From an uncultured Alphaproteobacteria bacterium (GTDB taxonomy: Bacteria; Pseudomonadota; Alphaproteobacteria; RF32; CAG-239): a DNA stretch of 64,000 nt. Position 1 is the first letter of the stretch, and the number at the start of each line of letters is the position of its first letter. This document shows positions 60,124 to 64,000 of the stretch, piece by piece. The notes beneath the pieces are model-generated. The model did no database searches. It was not told where the DNA came from and saw only the letters and a list, made by a program, of their open reading frames with translations. The position numbers and the translations under genes are program-made. The stretch covers positions 24,573 through 88,572 of the forward strand of contig CALXTD010000002.1 of assembly GCA_944391315.1 (NCBI GenBank). Reading direction: 5' to 3'.

Positions 60124-61077
60124 TTAATGCGTTAGCACATAAGCAACTCGTTCTTCGGGTGAAAGCCTTTTGGGGTAGTATTTATCAACCTTTTTTAAGA
60201 CTTTGCTTAATCCGATGCCGTTGGCAATTTGAACAGCCAGTCCTGGGCGGGCATTTAACTCTAACATCATCGGGCCTTTGTCGGCGTCTAAAACAATATC
60301 GGCGCCTAAATATCCTAATCCGGTCATTTCATAGGCCTTGGCCGCTATTAGCAAATGCTCTGTCCAAAAAGGAACTTCTATCTGGGTTAAATCAGCATTG
60401 GTATCCGGATGATGCGTTATTGGTTGATTTCTCATGACGGCTTTTAAAGTTTTTCCGTTTTTGATGTCTAAGCCGACTCCGACCGCTCCCTGATGCAGAT
60501 TGGCTCTGCCGCCCGAGGCTGCTGTGGCCAGTCGGGTCATGGCCATAACCGGATAGCCGCGGTAAATAATTATTCTGACATCAGGAATGCCTTGATAACT
60601 GTAATTATCAAAAATATGGCTGAAATTGACCATCTCTTCAATAACGGCTGTGTCGTATTGTCCGCCAAGACTGTACAAACCGCTTAAGGTATTTGAAATA
60701 TGTTGGTAAACTTCTTTATAGCTTAAGACACGTCCTGATGGTGTGGTAAAGGTATTTTCATCATGGCTCTTGATGACCAAAACGCCTTTTCCACCGCTTC
60801 CATGTGCCGGTTTTATAACAAAAGATTCCCAGTCTTTGACCATGTCTTTTAGGTTTTTAGCCTCATGTTGATATTCTATCGTGCCAATCAGCCGTGGGGT
60901 CGTAATCCCAAACTTTTGTGCCAGTTCTTTGGTCTGTACTTTATCGTCAACCAATGGATATAAATTACGCTTGTTATATTTGGCAATGAACTTGAAGTTG
61001 CGGCGGTTCATGCCTAATATTCCGGCCTCGCGCAATTGGCTTGGGGTGGCAAAATATTTTGATAACCACTTAAACAT
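60124..61077 (-). CDS. RimK-related ATP-grasp enzyme (alpha-L-glutamate ligase-like)
   Basis: GILGMNRRNFKFIAKYNKRNLYPLVDDKVQTKELA..FVIKPAHGSGGKGV..MLELNARPGL are ATP-grasp patterns of the RimK-related clade. Confidence 0.8.
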   Translation of the reverse strand: MFKWLSKYFATPSQLREAGILGMNRRNFKFIAKYNKRNLYPLVDDKVQTKELAQKFGITTPRLIGTIEYQHEAKNLKDMVKDWESFVIKPAHGSGGKGVLVIKSHDENTFTTPSGRVLSYKEVYQHISNTLSGLYSLGGQYDTAVIEEMVNFSHIFDNYSYQGIPDVRIIIYRGYPVMAMTRLATAASGGRANLHQGAVGVGLDIKNGKTLKAVMRNQPITHHPDTNADLTQIEVPFWTEHLLIAAKAYEMTGLGYLGADIVLDADKGPMMLELNARPGLAVQIANGIGLSKVLKKVDKYYPKRLSPEERVAYVLTH

Positions 61078-61087
61078 GTTTTTCCCC

Positions 61088-62620
61088 TTATTTTACCAAT
61101 GGGCGGAAGCGTTTTAACTCGGTTAGGCGATAGCCTGTGTATGTGCCGAGCATCATGATTAAAAACAGCAAGACAATGTTTAGTTCATTAAATGCAAACA
61201 TGATGTAGCGAATGGTTTCGTTGCAGATAATGACATAAGTGGCCAAAGCAGCAATCAGACTATAGATAATCTCGCGGCAGGCATTGAATGCGCCTTCTTC
61301 CTCCCAAGTGATCGAAGCGCGCTCAATTACCCAAGCCATGATGATTATTGGGAAAAAGGTTGAGGCTGTTCCGATGTCTGAATCGAAACGGTAGCTGAGT
61401 TCGGTCATGTATTGGATGATTAAGATAACGCAGACGACAACTGCCGAAATTCTGGGAACAAGCAATAAATTTAGTTTTGAGAACAATGCTCTTATTAATA
61501 ATCCTAAGCCCATAATGATTGCAAAGCAGAGCAAGCCTGCGCCTAATCCGGTTTTGACCAAGGCCATGGCAATCAGCATCGGGGTGAATGTTCCCATTGT
61601 TTTTAACCCGACAAAGTTGCGCACAACGGCAATAACTAAAATTGCCAACGGGAAAACCATCAACCATTTTATGGCACTTTGCTGATTGACCGGCAGGTTA
61701 TATATTGAGTGGTCATAAGCTTGTTGCTCGTTGGAAAGTTTTGCTCTTTTGCCGGCAAGGTTGAAGGTGTTGGTTACTGATCTTAGTACGGAAAATTTAA
61801 TGCTGGAATCTTCTCCGCCGGCGATGTCAAGCAGAGAAGTGCCTCCTCTTTGAATAATGATGAAGTCTTTGGGAAGGCCTATTTTTCCAGTAGTTAAATC
61901 GTATAATTTCCAGCGGCCGTTCATATAAGCTTCAAGCATAAGGTCCGGTGAAAAGGCTGTTTTTTCTTCCTCAAGTTTTATGCCTCTGGCTAAACGAGAG
62001 GCAATGCCTTTATAGGCCAAAAGCTTGCTTATGTTTTCTGCAACATTTTTGGTTGTTTTTTTCATTGGAAGAAAGGCCGTAACCGTTGGTTCGGGAGGAA
62101 CTTGGTTAAACAGGCGGATTAATTGTTGGGGTAGGTCTCCGTTTTGTTTTAATGCAAGAGAGAGAATTTCTTCTGCGATGGCTTTTTCTTGTTCGCTATA
62201 TATCGGTTTTTCAGGAACTTGCGGCGCTGGAGCTGCTGTTTTTCCTTTTGCATCTTGATTGTCAAACAAGAGAATTCTATAATAGACGTTTTGCTCTCCT
62301 TCTCGTGCAGCGCTGCTAAGGATTACACGATCTTTATCAATTTTTGTTTTATAGCCAGGGGCGACAATATCTTCATCTAAAATCTTGTATTCGTTTGAGC
62401 TTTGTGGTTTGGCCAAAGATATTTTAATCGGTTCTCCGTTTGCCGTGAAGTTGACATCTGCTTCGATGGTCCAGATATCTGTACGTTCATGTGGTGCAAA
62501 TGAAAAACCCCAATATTTTACTTTATAATAAATTTTATAGCCAGCAAAAAGGCAAGAAGCGATAAGGCACAAGGTTAATACGAATCTAATCGTAACGAAT
62601 GATTTTAGTCTTTCCAGCAT
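61088..62620 (-). CDS. inactive-transglutaminase-like N-domain fused to a 7-TM module
   Basis: 510 aa with one N-terminal TM segment, a ~300-aa extracytoplasmic domain and then 7 hydrophobic segments. This architecture is typically found next to RimK-related ligases. Confidence 0.6.
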   Translation of the reverse strand: MLERLKSFVTIRFVLTLCLIASCLFAGYKIYYKVKYWGFSFAPHERTDIWTIEADVNFTANGEPIKISLAKPQSSNEYKILDEDIVAPGYKTKIDKDRVILSSAAREGEQNVYYRILLFDNQDAKGKTAAPAPQVPEKPIYSEQEKAIAEEILSLALKQNGDLPQQLIRLFNQVPPEPTVTAFLPMKKTTKNVAENISKLLAYKGIASRLARGIKLEEEKTAFSPDLMLEAYMNGRWKLYDLTTGKIGLPKDFIIIQRGGTSLLDIAGGEDSSIKFSVLRSVTNTFNLAGKRAKLSNEQQAYDHSIYNLPVNQQSAIKWLMVFPLAILVIAVVRNFVGLKTMGTFTPMLIAMALVKTGLGAGLLCFAIIMGLGLLIRALFSKLNLLLVPRISAVVVCVILIIQYMTELSYRFDSDIGTASTFFPIIIMAWVIERASITWEEEGAFNACREIIYSLIAALATYVIICNETIRYIMFAFNELNIVLLFLIMMLGTYTGYRLTELKRFRPLVK

Positions 62621-62632
62621 GTTTTTCTTCTT

Positions 62633-63169
62633 TTAATTCAGTGTGTTTGATAAAGCGGTGTCAACGATGGCGCGTCCGGTTAAGATGTTACGTCCGATTA
62701 ATGCTTGATACTCAAATTTGTCGCGGTTGGCGAGGTTGAATTTGATGTTGGTTAAGACTTCTTTGCCGAGTTTGACGTCCATTCTGACGATATAACGTTT
62801 TTCATGGACGTGAAGTCTTTTAATGTCTGCCATGCCGACAACCTTTTTTTCAAAATGGTATTTTTCTCCATTGGTGCGGTTGATTATATCAAATGAAACC
62901 CATTTTTCTCCGTCTCTTTCAAAGGGAGTAATGTTATCAGCATCAATTGACGAAGTGGTGGCGCCGGTATCAATGCGGGCGGCTATCGGCGCTTTCATCG
63001 GAAGCATGTATACCGGTTCAACTGCGCCGATTGTTCCAAGCATATGTTGGGGGCTTTTTTTTACCTCAACAGCGGGGACAATTTCAGGAAGAGGAGGGGT
63101 ATTGTGGCTTTGGCAGCCGCTGAGTAAGATACCTGCTAAGAGTGTTGTTAATTTTCTTAAATTTTTCAT
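62633..63169 (-). CDS. lipoprotein with a retropepsin-like ('ATP-dependent zinc protease', DUF785-type) domain
   Basis: Lipobox LLSGC. ARIDTGATTSSIDA is an aspartic-protease-like D-T-G motif. It is the usual third partner of the two genes downstream of it. Confidence 0.6.
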   Translation of the reverse strand: MKNLRKLTTLLAGILLSGCQSHNTPPLPEIVPAVEVKKSPQHMLGTIGAVEPVYMLPMKAPIAARIDTGATTSSIDADNITPFERDGEKWVSFDIINRTNGEKYHFEKKVVGMADIKRLHVHEKRYIVRMDVKLGKEVLTNIKFNLANRDKFEYQALIGRNILTGRAIVDTALSNTLN

Positions 63170-63314
63170 CTTTTTCTCTCTCTTCTTAATTGTTTTTTAA
63201 TCTTGTTTGGTTTATCTACAATCAGACAATTTCTTTTAAATGTAAAGTTAATTTTTCTGTCGGTTGGATAATTTTGACCGGCAAAGTTTGTTTTGTTATC
63301 GGGAGTGTGATTTT

Positions 63315-64000
63315 ATGAGCGCAGAAATGAATCGAGAAAAAATTGCTCAGATTAAACGTTATAAAAAGTTCAAAAGAATTCAACGCTACCAGAGACAAAC
63401 TAAAATTAATATTTTGGCAGCAAAGTTTTTTACTTATGCTTCAATTCCTGCATTAACCGCTTGTCCTTCCGTTCATAGTGTTGCTCATAACGATATTAAC
63501 TCTTCTTTCGAAATATCTTCTGAGATGACAGGGAATAAGATTAATAATTTTGGTATTGATAATGCGGTTAAATATGTAGCTGATATTGACGGCGAGATTT
63601 TTTTGAATGAATTAAATCGTCAGCATGATGCTATTACCTCAAAGCCGGCAGGGCAGGCACGCGACTCTTATATTAGGTCATTATATGGAAATATTAATTA
63701 CTGCAATTTGGCGGTTATTACTGCCATGAAGCGCTCTGAGGCAGATTATTTGCAGCCGTTTTTATCTGATTTGGAGAATCCGGCTCGGTGCCAATCTTTT
63801 ATTGATTATGTAAAGAAAACTCATCCTGATTGTATTCGAGCTTTTGATAATGCCAAAACTGCGAATCTGAAACGCGGTGATATTGTTATTCTTAATGTTG
63901 CAAGGCGCGATGAAAATGCTGTTACTGCCAGTGGTAAGCATACCGTAACCTTTGATGGCAAAGAATTTATTAGTTTTAATTCTACCAAAAAATATGGTGT
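63315..64000 (+). CDS. hypothetical protein (5' part; continues beyond the window)
   Basis: An open frame from ATG 63315 to the window end (MSAEMNREKIAQIKRYKKF..). It is basic at the N-terminus and has one hydrophobic segment. The ..YCNLAV.. and ..GKHTVTFDG.. segments might indicate a papain-like fold, but I cannot support that. Confidence 0.4.
   Translation, partial: MSAEMNREKIAQIKRYKKFKRIQRYQRQTKINILAAKFFTYASIPALTACPSVHSVAHNDINSSFEISSEMTGNKINNFGIDNAVKYVADIDGEIFLNELNRQHDAITSKPAGQARDSYIRSLYGNINYCNLAVITAMKRSEADYLQPFLSDLENPARCQSFIDYVKKTHPDCIRAFDNAKTANLKRGDIVILNVARRDENAVTASGKHTVTFDGKEFISFNSTKKYG

Noticed and set aside
1-64000. I looked for rRNA genes, transposases/IS elements, integrases, reverse transcriptases and cas genes anywhere in the window.
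   Set aside because: No ORF shows DDE/transposase, tyrosine or serine recombinase, RT (YxDD) or Cas signatures. No rRNA-like conserved segments were seen.

Overview
This 64-kb chromosomal segment reads as a low-GC alphaproteobacterium. The evidence is a circularly permuted two-piece tmRNA with an ANDN-type tag, an alpha-type SspB adaptor and an RHH_4 protein. The housekeeping backbone is argS, two nitroreductases, tRNA-Cys/tRNA-Asn, rpiB-glyA, alaS, RNase J, sua5/tsaC, pepA, lolCE-lolD, rpmI-rplT, pheST, ssrA-sspB, folA-thyA and a cyclophilin. The unusual content is as follows. (1) At 4.8-8.0 kb, a translationally coupled operon encodes a degenerate SNF2-like protein, a PP-loop PAPS-reductase-like (IbrA/DndC-like) protein and a ParB-like (IbrB/DndB-like) protein. 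This is my best candidate for an undescribed DNA-modification, defence or prophage-control module. (2) At 9.5-24.1 kb, a 14.5-kb single-strand phage head/tail/lysis cluster has no recognisable integrase, repressor or replication genes and abuts the 5' side of the tRNA pair. (3) A paralogous family of cysteine-rich secreted proteins sits at 3.4 kb and 40.3-42.1 kb, and the promoter and 5'UTR are duplicated with the genes. (4) At 43.2-45.3 kb there is an HNH/AHH-like protein with an overlapping SUKH-like gene. (5) A purine-rich CCGGAAGG array with ~25-nt period lies in the rplT 3' region. (6) Between pheT and sspB there are tandem long-hairpin repeats, a 29-nt direct repeat pair, and a structured leader RNA bounded by a promoter and a terminator. 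(7) At 60-63 kb there is a RimK-like ATP-grasp / 7TM-transglutaminase-like / retropepsin-like cluster. I recognised no rRNA, CRISPR array, transposase or integrase. All domain calls come from reading the translations by eye, with no database searches, so they need HMM confirmation.
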